A DNA stretch of 64,000 bases from an uncultured Blastochloridaceae bacterium (GCA_964351865.1 CAYGPJ010000008.1:34853-98852); one strand, 5' to 3'. Positions 1 through 8,411 are shown, counted from the stretch's first letter. Program-made: numbers and translations. The notes: generated by a model not told the origin, from the letters alone.

Positions 1-124
1 AAATCAGGGCAGCAGAAAAGAAGGCGGGCGCCAATGCTGCCATGTTTTTGATCTGAACTGAAAAAAACAGTCCAAATACAAACATGATATTTGCCATACA
101 TACTAAAAATAGAAACAGCTCCAT
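1..124 (-). CDS. partial ORF: hydrophobic N-terminus of a probable membrane protein running off the left edge
   Basis: Reverse-strand ATG at 124-122, open to position 1. It translates to MELFLFLVCMANIMFVFGLFFSVQIKNMAALAPAFFSAALI, which is strongly hydrophobic. Only 41 codons are visible. Confidence 0.25.
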   Translation of the reverse strand, partial: MELFLFLVCMANIMFVFGLFFSVQIKNMAALAPAFFSAALI

Positions 125-215
125 ATCAACGATCTGCCATTCTTCAATCGATTCTTGAAACAGGCAATGAAAATTTTGACATTCTCGATCAGGTGTGGTT
201 TTATTTCAGCTTCTT

Positions 216-298
216 GCGGTCGTGGCGAAATGGCAGACGCGCTAGCTTCAGGTGCTAGTGGGGGTAACCCCGTGGAGGTTCGACTCCTCTCGACCGTA
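216..298 (+). tRNA. tRNA-Leu (anticodon CAG), long variable arm
   Basis: Cloverleaf read by eye. Acceptor gcggtcg/cgaccgt (G1-U72). D arm gcg-aaatggcaga-cgc. Anticodon stem ctagc/gctag with loop ttCAGgt. The 15-nt variable arm contains a gggg/cccc hairpin. T arm ggagg-ttcgact-cctct. No encoded CCA. Confidence 0.8.
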
Positions 299-387
299 TG
301 ATTTTTTAATGCCTCGCACTTTCAGTCGCGGGGTTACCCCCACTAGCAAAAAAGTATGGGGGATCCCGACACCCTGTGTGGTCGGGA

Positions 388-407
388 CGACTCCTCTCGA
401 CCGTATG
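388..407 (+). repeat. exact 20-bp direct repeat of the tRNA-Leu 3' end (copy of 281-300)
   Basis: cgactcctctcgaccgtatg occurs at 281-300 (tRNA T-arm/acceptor plus 2 nt) and again at 388-407. In addition, 329-348 is the exact reverse complement of tRNA positions 253-272 (tgctagtgggggtaaccccg). Confidence 0.75.
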
Positions 408-506
408 TTCTTCTTTTTATTTCACTCAGGAAGAGCACTAATCCCAGAGGCTGGGATCATCTCTGAGCTTGCATGTCTTCGCCGCTTGCTTACGTTAGTT
501 AGCCTC

Positions 507-1529
507 ATGTCAGACGCAAAATTCGATTTAGCTGTTGTAGGCGCCACCGGTGCGGTGGGGCAGGAAATTTTGGCTGTGCTGGAACGTCGCAATTTTCCGG
601 CAGCCAGCGTGAAGTTGTTGGCCTCTGAGCGGTCGGCAGGAAAGACGATCCGTTTTCGAGAGAAAGATCTGACCGTTCAAGCAGTAACCAAAGACTCTTT
701 TGAAGGGGTGGATCTGGCCTTTTTCAGTGCGGGAGCCACGCGGTCGCGAGAGTTCATACCTCATGCGCTGCGAGCAGGGGCTGTGGTGGTTGACAACTCG
801 TCAGCCTTTCGGATGCAGACCGATGTGCCATTAGTGGTGCCGGAGGTCAATGCGGCAGACATCGAAGAGCAGCATGGATTGATCGCCAATCCCAATTGTT
901 GTGCCGCTATTCTGGCCGTTGCGGTTTGGCCACTACACCAAAGATATCATATTAAACGGATTACGGTATCGACTTACCAGTCGGCCAGCGGTGCGGGTGC
1001 GAAAGCTCTGGCGGAATTGCAGCGTCAAATGAAGGAATTGGGTGAGGGTAAGCAGCCCACCGCCGAGGTATTTCCTTATCCCCTGGCGGGAAATGTCTTC
1101 TCGCATAATACGCCGGTAGCGCGCAACGGTTACAACGACGAAGAAAATAAACTGGCGCAGGAAATTCGTAAGATCTTTCATGAACCAGAAATGGAGATTA
1201 TTCCTACCTGTATTCGCGTCCCGGTGCCACGTGCACATTCTGAGTCTATTGTGATTGATACCGAATTACCTGTTTCGACGGCTGAAGCTCGGGAAATTTT
1301 AGCCGCTTCAGCCGGCATTAAAATTGTCGATGATATCGAAAATGGTCACTTCCCGATGCCGATGGAAGCCACAGGTGATCTGGATGTCCATGTCGGCCGT
1401 ATTCGCGGCGCCAGCACGCATTCGCTGGCACTGTTTGTGAGTGGAGATCAGTTATTGAAGGGCGCCGCATGGAACGCGGTTCAGATTGGCGAGTACCTCG
1501 TGAATGAATCCAGACTGACGGCAGTGTGA
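507..1529 (+). CDS. asd: aspartate-semialdehyde dehydrogenase
   Basis: 340 aa from ATG 507 (MSDAKFDLAVVGATGAVGQEIL...). It has an N-terminal NAD-binding GATGxVG and the active-site NPNC motif (LIANPNCCAAIL). The track ORF start at 252 overlaps the tRNA and is discounted. Confidence 0.9.
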   Translation: MSDAKFDLAVVGATGAVGQEILAVLERRNFPAASVKLLASERSAGKTIRFREKDLTVQAVTKDSFEGVDLAFFSAGATRSREFIPHALRAGAVVVDNSSAFRMQTDVPLVVPEVNAADIEEQHGLIANPNCCAAILAVAVWPLHQRYHIKRITVSTYQSASGAGAKALAELQRQMKELGEGKQPTAEVFPYPLAGNVFSHNTPVARNGYNDEENKLAQEIRKIFHEPEMEIIPTCIRVPVPRAHSESIVIDTELPVSTAEAREILAASAGIKIVDDIENGHFPMPMEATGDLDVHVGRIRGASTHSLALFVSGDQLLKGAAWNAVQIGEYLVNESRLTAV

Positions 1530-1546
1530 TCTGCCGTTAAGAAGCT

Positions 1547-1602
1547 GCCGAGATGCAATCTCGGCCTACAGTTCCCGCCACATCTCTTGGCATAGACTAC
1601 CG
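1547..1602. repeat. half-unit of the CTAG/GTAGGCCGAGAT palindromic repeat family
   Basis: gccgagatgcaatctcggcctacagttcccgccacatctcttggcatagactac closely matches the right half of the elements at 8257-8402 and 28924-29054. It contains the hairpin gccgaga-N5-tctcggc and lies just 3' of asd. Confidence 0.7.
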
Positions 1603-1681
1603 GCTCGAAATGTGGGGTATTGAAAATTTGAGGTGGCTTGGGAATTGGAGACTAAGTTTTGAAGTTCAGTAGAACGCAGCT

Positions 1682-1846
1682 CTACTGAACGATTCCACCT
1701 AGCACGCCTTTACCTTCCCAGTCCGCTGGACGATTCCAAGGTGTCTGAGAAATTTTTTCGCGCTCGGATTTCTTTTCAGAGGAAGCACATCCGGTGGTGA
1801 AAAGCACACCGGCACTGACGAGTAAAGATAGGCAAAGTAACCGCAT
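1682..1846 (-). CDS. small putative lipoprotein (54 aa), below the ORF-track cutoff
   Basis: Hand translation gives MRLLCLSLLVSAGVLFTTGCASSEKKSEREKISQTPWNRPADWEGKGVLGGIVQ*. It has a signal peptide plus a lipobox-like FTTGC. It lies 12 nt downstream of ORF 1859-2692 on the same strand. Confidence 0.45.
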   Translation of the reverse strand: MRLLCLSLLVSAGVLFTTGCASSEKKSEREKISQTPWNRPADWEGKGVLGGIVQ

Positions 1847-1858
1847 GACTATGATTTA

Positions 1859-2692
1859 TCAGAATAAAACCTGATCGCCAACTTGAATTTCACCTTTTGA
1901 CCATTCAGGCAGGATGTCAGCGATGGCGGTTTCCGCATCGACGGAGACCGTGCGAACCTTGCCGACGAGAGAATCACCACGATAGACAGTCAAATCTACA
2001 CCTTCAACCAGTTGGTTCTGTTCACCTACATCCAGCACGACGAAGTTCCATGCTTTGTTGAGGGCGACCACTTTGCCGCTGAGTTCGAGTGGTGCGGCTT
2101 TAGCTTCACGCAGGCGGTCCAGTTTTTTGAAATCTTCAACCTGTGCGGTTCGCTGCATCAAGGTATCTTCGATCAGCTTCTTCTCAGATTCGAGCACTTC
2201 CAGTTTTTCTTTTACTTGAGAAGTTTCGGCCAAGACGGTGGCCAGATCACGACCTCCCAATTGGTCTTTTACTTTGGCCAGTTCTTCGGAAGAGTTCTTG
2301 AGTTCTTCTTGGGCTTGAGTCAGCGCCGAGGATTTTTCTTCCAATGATTTTTTGGTGGAAGTGACTTCAGTGGTGAGTTGAGAAACTTTGGCTTGAGCAT
2401 CGGAGAGGCCGGTTTTGGCTTCGGCCAATGAAGCGTTCGCCGTGTTCAGTTCTTCAACGGTCTTGGAGTAGGTTTCGTTGGCTTTTTTAATCGAGGCTGC
2501 TGGTTCAGCAGGGTTGGTTAAGAAACTGCCATTGTATTTGACGGCGGAATCCTGAGAGCGCAGGGAGGTTTCTACTTGAGCCAGTTGATCGGCGTATCCC
2601 GATTTCTTCTGAGCTAAAAAGAATCCGCCTCCAGCGGAAGCTAGCGACCCCAAGATCGCTAATACAACAAATGCTTTTCCAATGCCTGACAT
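1859..2692 (-). CDS. membrane-anchored coiled-coil protein with a conserved C-terminal beta-rich domain (hypothetical)
   Basis: 277 aa. It has an N-terminal hydrophobic helix (AFVVLAILGSLASAGGGFFLA) and about 170 aa of heptad-rich, E/K/L/Q/S-rich sequence. The C-terminal 74 aa align without gaps to the C-terminus of ORF 36733-37461. Confidence 0.7.
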   Translation of the reverse strand: MSGIGKAFVVLAILGSLASAGGGFFLAQKKSGYADQLAQVETSLRSQDSAVKYNGSFLTNPAEPAASIKKANETYSKTVEELNTANASLAEAKTGLSDAQAKVSQLTTEVTSTKKSLEEKSSALTQAQEELKNSSEELAKVKDQLGGRDLATVLAETSQVKEKLEVLESEKKLIEDTLMQRTAQVEDFKKLDRLREAKAAPLELSGKVVALNKAWNFVVLDVGEQNQLVEGVDLTVYRGDSLVGKVRTVSVDAETAIADILPEWSKGEIQVGDQVLF

Positions 2693-2767
2693 GTTCTAGA
2701 ATAATTACGCAAGTATTTACATATTAACAAGGAAAATGTGACGCTTATTAAGGGTAAAAGTAAAAAA

Positions 2768-3217
2768 TTACCATTGAGACTTCTTTTTGACCTCATTCAG
2801 CGTCTGCCTAAACTCAGTATCAGTGTTGCTAATTTCACTGAAAAGCCACTCTGGGGAGAGGCAAAGGGCGCCTAATGATTCGACGGTTTGTTGCTCTGCC
2901 CGGTCAGAAGTCACCACGGTAATACGGGAGGGGTGGCGGTTTTGAGCGACGATTTTTTCGATAATGCTGTCGGCGGTAGTTTCCTTGGTGCTGTAGAGGA
3001 TGGCGATTTTGCCTGGCTCCGGCGGTTGTGGAGTGCCGTGTTTTCCGTCATAGACCAGTGTGATCAACCACTCTGAAGTATCCTGAAAATTCTGCAGCAG
3101 TTGGCTGAGCCGTTCACGCGCCAGCGATTGGTTGGCCTGGTGCATTTGGCGCCATTCGTCGACCTGGAACAATACACTGTGCCCATCGACGAGCAGATAT
3201 TTTATGGACTGCGACAT
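2768..3217 (-). CDS. NYN-domain YacP/Rae1-like predicted ribonuclease
   Basis: 149 aa. It shows N-terminal YLLVDGHSVLF, then ETTADSIIEKIV and ITVVTSDRAEQ, matching the YacP pattern (LVDGYN ... ETADxxIE ... TSDxxEQ). Confidence 0.65.
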   Translation of the reverse strand: MSQSIKYLLVDGHSVLFQVDEWRQMHQANQSLARERLSQLLQNFQDTSEWLITLVYDGKHGTPQPPEPGKIAILYSTKETTADSIIEKIVAQNRHPSRITVVTSDRAEQQTVESLGALCLSPEWLFSEISNTDTEFRQTLNEVKKKSQW

Positions 3218-3277
3218 AACGGTTTACGGATAGATCAGTGAGCTTGGATGTCACGTCGAATTAGGTAGTCTATCGAG

Positions 3278-3715
3278 GTGAAAATAGGCGTCATTTCAGA
3301 TACACATGATGAACTACCTGCGCAGGTTATCCGAGCGATGCGCGGGGTGGATGAAATCTGGCATCTGGGAGATGTTTGTCATTCACGTGTGCTGTCCGCA
3401 TTGGAAGCGTTAGAGGTTCCGCTGCATGTGGTTGCGGGAAACTGCGATGCGCGGGGGCTTTGGCCGGAAACGTTGACTTTGGAGCGAGTCGGACTGATTT
3501 TTTTTGTCATTCACATTCCCCTGTATCGGGCTCCCGCCGGCGTGGATGTATTGTTGCATGGGCATACCCATGTGCCGCGTGATGAGATGATCGATGGCTG
3601 CCGCTTTCTCAATCCCGGAGCGGTTGGGGGCGCAGATAAAGGTTCGCCCCATGGGTTGGCGATCATGGAGTTACAGGCAGGGGGAAGGCTGGATTGGCAG
3701 CAAAGGCCCTTGTAG
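3278..3715 (+). CDS. YfcE/MJ0936-family metallophosphoesterase
   Basis: 145 aa with a GTG start. Metallophosphoesterase motifs are present in order: ISDTHD, GDV, GNCD, HGHTH. Confidence 0.75.
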   Translation: MKIGVISDTHDELPAQVIRAMRGVDEIWHLGDVCHSRVLSALEALEVPLHVVAGNCDARGLWPETLTLERVGLIFFVIHIPLYRAPAGVDVLLHGHTHVPRDEMIDGCRFLNPGAVGGADKGSPHGLAIMELQAGGRLDWQQRPL

Positions 3716-3719
3716 GAAA

Positions 3720-4826
3720 CTATTGACTTAGGAAGCGTTGGTAAATGGCTTCGGTGGCTTCACACATACGATCGAGGCTGTGATGATTCCGGGCGAAGCT
3801 TAGCGCCTGATGGCTCAGGTTTTTGCGCAGATCTGGATTTTCCGCTAACTGCTTTATCGCTTGTCCCAAGGCAGCAGCGTCTTTGGGTGCCACCAGCAGT
3901 CCGGTGTCACCGTCACGAATGACTTCCGGAATGCCACCAGCCGTGGTGCCGATGACTGGGGTGCCGGAGGCTTGCGCCTGCAGTACGATTTGTGGAATGC
4001 CCTCATGGGCGTAGGAGGGGAGCACCATGATGTCCAATGCAGCCAAAATCTCCGGAACGTCATCGCGGTGTCCGATCAATTCAACGACATCGCTGAGTTC
4101 CAGCTCCTTAATCCATGATTCAATCAGTTGCCGCATCGGGCCTTCGCCTGCGATCAGAAAGTGAGCTGTCGGCAGCGACTGCTTCACTTGAGCGATGGCT
4201 TCCAAAAAAATGCGGTGGCCTTTCCAGCTACGCAGCACGGTCACCATGCCAATCAATAAATTTGCCTGTTCGGGGAGAAATTCAGAACGACAGTGGTCGC
4301 GGGAGTGTTGAGTCGCGGCATATTTTTCCAGATCGATGCCGGTCGGAATGCAACTGACCCGATCGGGTTTCAGTGAGAGCTGTTGAGTCAGCTTGTCTAC
4401 AATCAACTGGCTGGTGGTAGTGACGCAGTCGGGAATGGTGCCGAATCCGAACCGGCTGACCACTTTATTCGGGTAATCCACGTCAATATGCCGAGTGCGA
4501 ATCACCAGCGGCACTCCGGCCAGTTGCGCGGCGATACCACAGATGTAGCCGTCGCGTGAACTGTGGGTATTCACGACCTCGACCTGTCGTTGTTGGAAAA
4601 AGCGGCGCAGCTTGAGGATAGAAATCGGGTATTTCAGACGATCGGAGGACATGGGTTCCACTTGGAATCCGGCAGCCTGTGCTTTAGCGAAGATAACACT
4701 GTGCGGTTGGGCTACTAGCAGCATCTTGTGCCCGCGCTGGCGCATGGCCTTCATTTCTTCAAAGACACGGATTTCCTGCCCTCCCCAGCCGAGAGATGCT
4801 TCGGTATGTGCCACTATTCTGCCCAT
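3720..4826 (-). CDS. glycosyltransferase family 4 (GT-B, group 1)
   Basis: 368 aa. The C-terminal EGIPQIVLQAQASGTPVIGTTAGGIPEVIRDGDTGLLV matches the GT4 E-x7-E region. Confidence 0.85.
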   Translation of the reverse strand: MGRIVAHTEASLGWGGQEIRVFEEMKAMRQRGHKMLLVAQPHSVIFAKAQAAGFQVEPMSSDRLKYPISILKLRRFFQQRQVEVVNTHSSRDGYICGIAAQLAGVPLVIRTRHIDVDYPNKVVSRFGFGTIPDCVTTTSQLIVDKLTQQLSLKPDRVSCIPTGIDLEKYAATQHSRDHCRSEFLPEQANLLIGMVTVLRSWKGHRIFLEAIAQVKQSLPTAHFLIAGEGPMRQLIESWIKELELSDVVELIGHRDDVPEILAALDIMVLPSYAHEGIPQIVLQAQASGTPVIGTTAGGIPEVIRDGDTGLLVAPKDAAALGQAIKQLAENPDLRKNLSHQALSFARNHHSLDRMCEATEAIYQRFLSQ

Positions 4827-4919
4827 AAAGATGGGAGCATAGTCAGGATTTCATCCGATACAATTGACAATTCCGTTGTTTTTTATGCAGCACATGGCAG
4901 AACGGCTTGCTGCATCGTT

Positions 4920-5951
4920 GTGAGAATTTTACTGATCAAACTCAAACACATCGGAGACAGCTTGTTGCTGACGGCAACGACGCGTGCCATCCGTGGACAA
5001 TATCCGGATGCTGAAATTTCTGTGCTGGTTCGGGCCGGGTGCGAGGGGATATTGGCGGGAGCGGAATCGATTGACCACGTCTATACATCTGTAGCTCCTG
5101 AATCCGCCAACCGTAACCTGGCTTGTCATCTGGCGGAGTTCAAAAGAATCTGGCAGCTGCGGCGTGAACGCTTTGATGTCATCTATGAACTGACGCGGGG
5201 GGATCGCGGGCGCTGGTGGGCCTTGGCGTTGCGGGGGAGATGTAAAACGACATTCAAGATGAAATCCGGGCGCATATTCTGGAAACGGATATTCAGCGAC
5301 CTGCTGCCGGCACCATCGCCGTATCAACATGCGGTATTACAGGACTACGCGCTTATTTCAGAAACCTTGGCGATGCAGGCAGTGGAGCCCGGTGCGCTGG
5401 AGTTCAGTCGTGAGCGGGCGGATCTATCCTATCCGATGGATGAGGGGGCGGTATTGATTCATCCGGCGACACGCTGGAAACGGAAACAGTGGCCGGAGGC
5501 AAATTGGAAGGAACTGATCTCGGTGCTGGTTGCTCGGGGAGAACATGTCGTGTTGAGTTCCGGGCCGGATCCCGACGAGGTGCGATTGTGTGAGCGACTG
5601 GTGGAAAATTATTCTCCTGATCAGGTCGTGTTTACCGGAGGATCATTATCCTGGTCCCAACTTGCGGGCGTGTTGTACCGTTCTCGACTTTTCATCGGAG
5701 TGGATACCGCAGCGATGCATCTGGCTGCTGCCTGTGGGATTCCCACCATAGCTCTGTTTCTCCCGTGGATCGCACCGATGTGGCATCCTTGGCAGGTCGA
5801 GCATCAAGCGGTCTATGCTGACGGGTTTCCGACGCAGGCCAGTGCTGAGTTGAATGAACTGGCGAAAGCGGTGGCGGCTATGGAGGCGATCCGACCCGAG
5901 CAGGTAATGAGTGCGGTTGAGCAGATGGTGGCCAGCGGGGAAAATACCTGA
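4920..5951 (+). CDS. glycosyltransferase family 9 (heptosyltransferase-like)
   Basis: VRILLIKLKHIGDSLLLTATTRAIRGQYPDAEISVLV and IGVDTAAMHLAAACGIPTIALF are typical RfaC/RfaF/RfaQ-type motifs. The start is taken as the in-frame GTG at 4920, because the track start 4728 would overlap the divergent GT4 gene. Confidence 0.75.
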   Translation: MRILLIKLKHIGDSLLLTATTRAIRGQYPDAEISVLVRAGCEGILAGAESIDHVYTSVAPESANRNLACHLAEFKRIWQLRRERFDVIYELTRGDRGRWWALALRGRCKTTFKMKSGRIFWKRIFSDLLPAPSPYQHAVLQDYALISETLAMQAVEPGALEFSRERADLSYPMDEGAVLIHPATRWKRKQWPEANWKELISVLVARGEHVVLSSGPDPDEVRLCERLVENYSPDQVVFTGGSLSWSQLAGVLYRSRLFIGVDTAAMHLAAACGIPTIALFLPWIAPMWHPWQVEHQAVYADGFPTQASAELNELAKAVAAMEAIRPEQVMSAVEQMVASGENT

Positions 5952-6012
5952 GTAGCTGTCTGCGGCAGGCAGAGGCGCATGTATAGCATTATCTCCTACG
6001 TGGTCGGGAGCC

Positions 6013-6729
6013 CTACCGGTTTCTCCGAGAGAACAGTGCATTGCTCCACATCAGGTGGCCTGCTGCCGAGCGTCTACCGTCATAGAGTGCCAGTAGTTGA
6101 TAGTCATGGTGTCTCAAAAACGCGCACAGATCCTCAAAATACGCCTGACCTGTATACAATGGAGTGAATAAGACTTCACTGTAGATCACACCGATTCGAC
6201 CGCTGGACAGCAGGTCCTCAGCTCCTTTGAGAATTTCCAGTTCAAACCCCTGGCAATCCATTTTTAACAGGTCAATGCGATCAATTTTTCGCTCCGAGGT
6301 GAAACAGTCTAACGTTTGTTGTTCAACGGTGACCGATGACTGCTTCTGTTCCGATTCTGATGCCTGAGGCGCGTTACTGAGGAGGGAATTAGTGGCGGAA
6401 TCATCATTGATGAAAAAGGTGGAGGTGCCGTTCTGATTTCCCAGCGCCAACTGATGGAGGTGCACGTTGCTTTTAGATCCCCATGCGCTTTTGAGAGTTT
6501 CAAATGTGGAGGGAAAGGGTTCAAAGGAATGAAAGGTGGAGTGTGTGAAAAGGGGATGCATTTCCTCCAGCGTCTGCCCCTCGTTAGCCCCGCAGTCGAA
6601 GATGCACCACTCGCGGTCGGGCGGGAGTAAACGCGGGATGTCCTGTCGCCAAGCGTCGCCCCAGCCAGGACGCTTCAGGATTGAGCCGAGTGGTCGGAGG
6701 GCGATGTTGATAAAGTCTCGGAGTTTCAC
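6013..6729 (-). CDS. FkbM-family SAM-dependent methyltransferase
   Basis: 238 aa. FDCGANEGQT, FEPFPSTFETLK and IDLLKMDCQGFELEILKGA match the FkbM methyltransferase domain pattern. Confidence 0.8.
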   Translation of the reverse strand: MKLRDFINIALRPLGSILKRPGWGDAWRQDIPRLLPPDREWCIFDCGANEGQTLEEMHPLFTHSTFHSFEPFPSTFETLKSAWGSKSNVHLHQLALGNQNGTSTFFINDDSATNSLLSNAPQASESEQKQSSVTVEQQTLDCFTSERKIDRIDLLKMDCQGFELEILKGAEDLLSSGRIGVIYSEVLFTPLYTGQAYFEDLCAFLRHHDYQLLALYDGRRSAAGHLMWSNALFSRRNR

Positions 6730-6805
6730 GGTGGGTTAGTCTGGATGGCCTTTTACGCTTGTCAGTCATCAGAGTCTGACACAGCTTCCTTGTTTATTGA
6801 GATAA

Positions 6806-7537
6806 ATGAAGACGTCTACAAGAATATTTCAGCGCGTGGTGCATGGTCTGCTGGGGGAGAAACTGATCGGTGCTATTGACTTCTATTTTCGGCCGGAACT
6901 GAAGGACCGCTGGGGCAGCTATCTCAACGGGCAGGAAGGGCGCAAAGCTATTTTTCTGGACCTCATCAAGAGCTTTGAATTTTCAGCGATTATTGAGACC
7001 GGCACATTTCGTGGCAGCACCACGGGTTATTTTCATGAGGCTTCCGGTCTGCCGGTGTTTTCGGTGGAGACGAGTGGACGCTTTTTTGAGTATGCCCGGC
7101 TGCGGCATAAGCAATCTCCGCAGATTCACATTTCATTTGGGGATTCCCGGCAATATCTGCGGGATTTGATTGCACTCGGGAAAATCGATCCGACCAAGCC
7201 GGTGCTGATCTATCTGGACGCGCACTGGTATAATGACCTGCCGTTGAAGGAGGAACTGGAATTGATTTACCAGGCATGGCCGGAGGCGGTGGTGCTGGTG
7301 GATGATTTTGCCGTGCCAGATGACCCGGGATACGGTTTTGATGATTATGGAGCCGGTAAGGCATTGACGCTGGAGTTGTTTCAGCAGCAGCCAGTGCCCG
7401 GACTTAAAGCGTTTTTCCCATCACTTCCTGCAGCCCAGGAAACGGGGGCCAGGAAAGGGTGTGTGGTGTTAGCCACATCTGAAGACGCTTATGCCAGACT
7501 GGCACGGCTCGACACTTTGGTTCTGCATGAGCTATGA
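6806..7537 (+). CDS. putative class I methyltransferase-fold protein (CmcI/TylF-like), function uncertain
   Basis: 243 aa. IIETGTFRGSTTGYF has a glycine-rich loop in the motif I position, followed by LIYLDAHW and VVLVDDF strands. The assignment rests on the fold pattern only. Confidence 0.4.
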   Translation: MKTSTRIFQRVVHGLLGEKLIGAIDFYFRPELKDRWGSYLNGQEGRKAIFLDLIKSFEFSAIIETGTFRGSTTGYFHEASGLPVFSVETSGRFFEYARLRHKQSPQIHISFGDSRQYLRDLIALGKIDPTKPVLIYLDAHWYNDLPLKEELELIYQAWPEAVVLVDDFAVPDDPGYGFDDYGAGKALTLELFQQQPVPGLKAFFPSLPAAQETGARKGCVVLATSEDAYARLARLDTLVLHEL

Positions 7538-8241
7538 ACGAAGCGCAGGGTCAACAGCGGATGTTCCGATTCAGGCCGTCGGCAGTGACGGGTGAAACCG
7601 AATTGCATCCCGGTGAGTGGGAAGCGCTGTGTCAGCAGGTTGCCGCGCTGGAGGTGGAGGGGCGAATTGTGGAGGTTGGTACCGCGGCCGGCGGCACCAT
7701 GGTTAAAATTTTGCAGGCACTGCCTGTCGAAGCGCATGCACGAATCAGCGTAGTCGATACCTTTGCTTACTTCCCGGATCATTTAAACATCTGGAAGGAA
7801 AATCTCAAACGACACGGCTTTGATGCTGAGGGGCTTGAGATTCTAAAACAATCAAGCACGGATGCTTACCAGACGATGTGGTCACGGGGCGATCGCCTGG
7901 CTTTTGTACTGGTGGATGCCGGGCACAAACTTAAGGATGTTATTCGCGATGTCCGCTGGCTGGCGCTGCTGGAGCCGGGCGGGGTGGGGGCGTTTCATGA
8001 TTACAGCGACCGCTTCCCCGGCGTGATGCTGGCGGTGGATACTTTTCTGAAACGAAACCCTGAATATGAGCGTGGAGCGTTGGAGGGCACCTTGCTTTTT
8101 GTGAGGAAGCAAAGTGAGCCCTCTCGTGAGGTGATGCCGGACTGGATCATCGGGTGGATGACGTTCCGATCGTTATTGATGCAGTGGAAAAAGAGTCTGC
8201 GGAAGCGACTGCCCGGTGGTCAGCCAAACGGCCAAAACTGA
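7534..8241 (+). CDS. class I SAM-dependent methyltransferase
   Basis: 235 aa. VEVGTAAGGT (motif I), VVDTF and FVLVDAGH are present. There is a 4-nt overlap with the preceding ORF. Confidence 0.5.
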   Translation: MNEAQGQQRMFRFRPSAVTGETELHPGEWEALCQQVAALEVEGRIVEVGTAAGGTMVKILQALPVEAHARISVVDTFAYFPDHLNIWKENLKRHGFDAEGLEILKQSSTDAYQTMWSRGDRLAFVLVDAGHKLKDVIRDVRWLALLEPGGVGAFHDYSDRFPGVMLAVDTFLKRNPEYERGALEGTLLFVRKQSEPSREVMPDWIIGWMTFRSLLMQWKKSLRKRLPGGQPNGQN

Positions 8242-8256
8242 ATAGATCGAGATTCG

Positions 8257-8402
8257 CTAGTAGTCTGTGCCACGTGATATGACGGGTTTAAAATAATGTA
8301 GGTCGTCCCGATACAGCAAGTGATCGGGACGACAGTTTAAAAGGGGCCGAGATGCAATCCCGGCCTACAGTTCCCGCCATATCATGTGGCATGAACTACT
8401 AG
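8257..8402. repeat. full 146-bp copy of a CTAG-ended palindromic MITE/REP-like element
   Basis: The termini ctagtagtctgtgccacgtgatatgacggg ... cccgccatatcatgtggcatgaactactag form imperfect terminal inverted repeats. The interior holds two hairpins (gtcgtcccgat..atcgggacgac and gccgagatgcaatcccggc). The reverse complement is near-identical in layout to 28924-29054. Confidence 0.8.
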
Positions 8403-8411
8403 AGGTGACTC

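Noticed and set aside
252-506. 5' extension of the asd track ORF (85 extra codons)
   Set aside because: It runs through the tRNA-Leu gene and its duplicated fragment. The conserved Asd N-terminus begins at Met86 (ATG 507).
4728-4919. 5' extension of the GT9 ORF
   Set aside because: It overlaps the divergently transcribed GT4 gene by about 100 nt. The conserved GT9 N-terminus (RILLIKLKHIGD) starts at the in-frame GTG at 4920.
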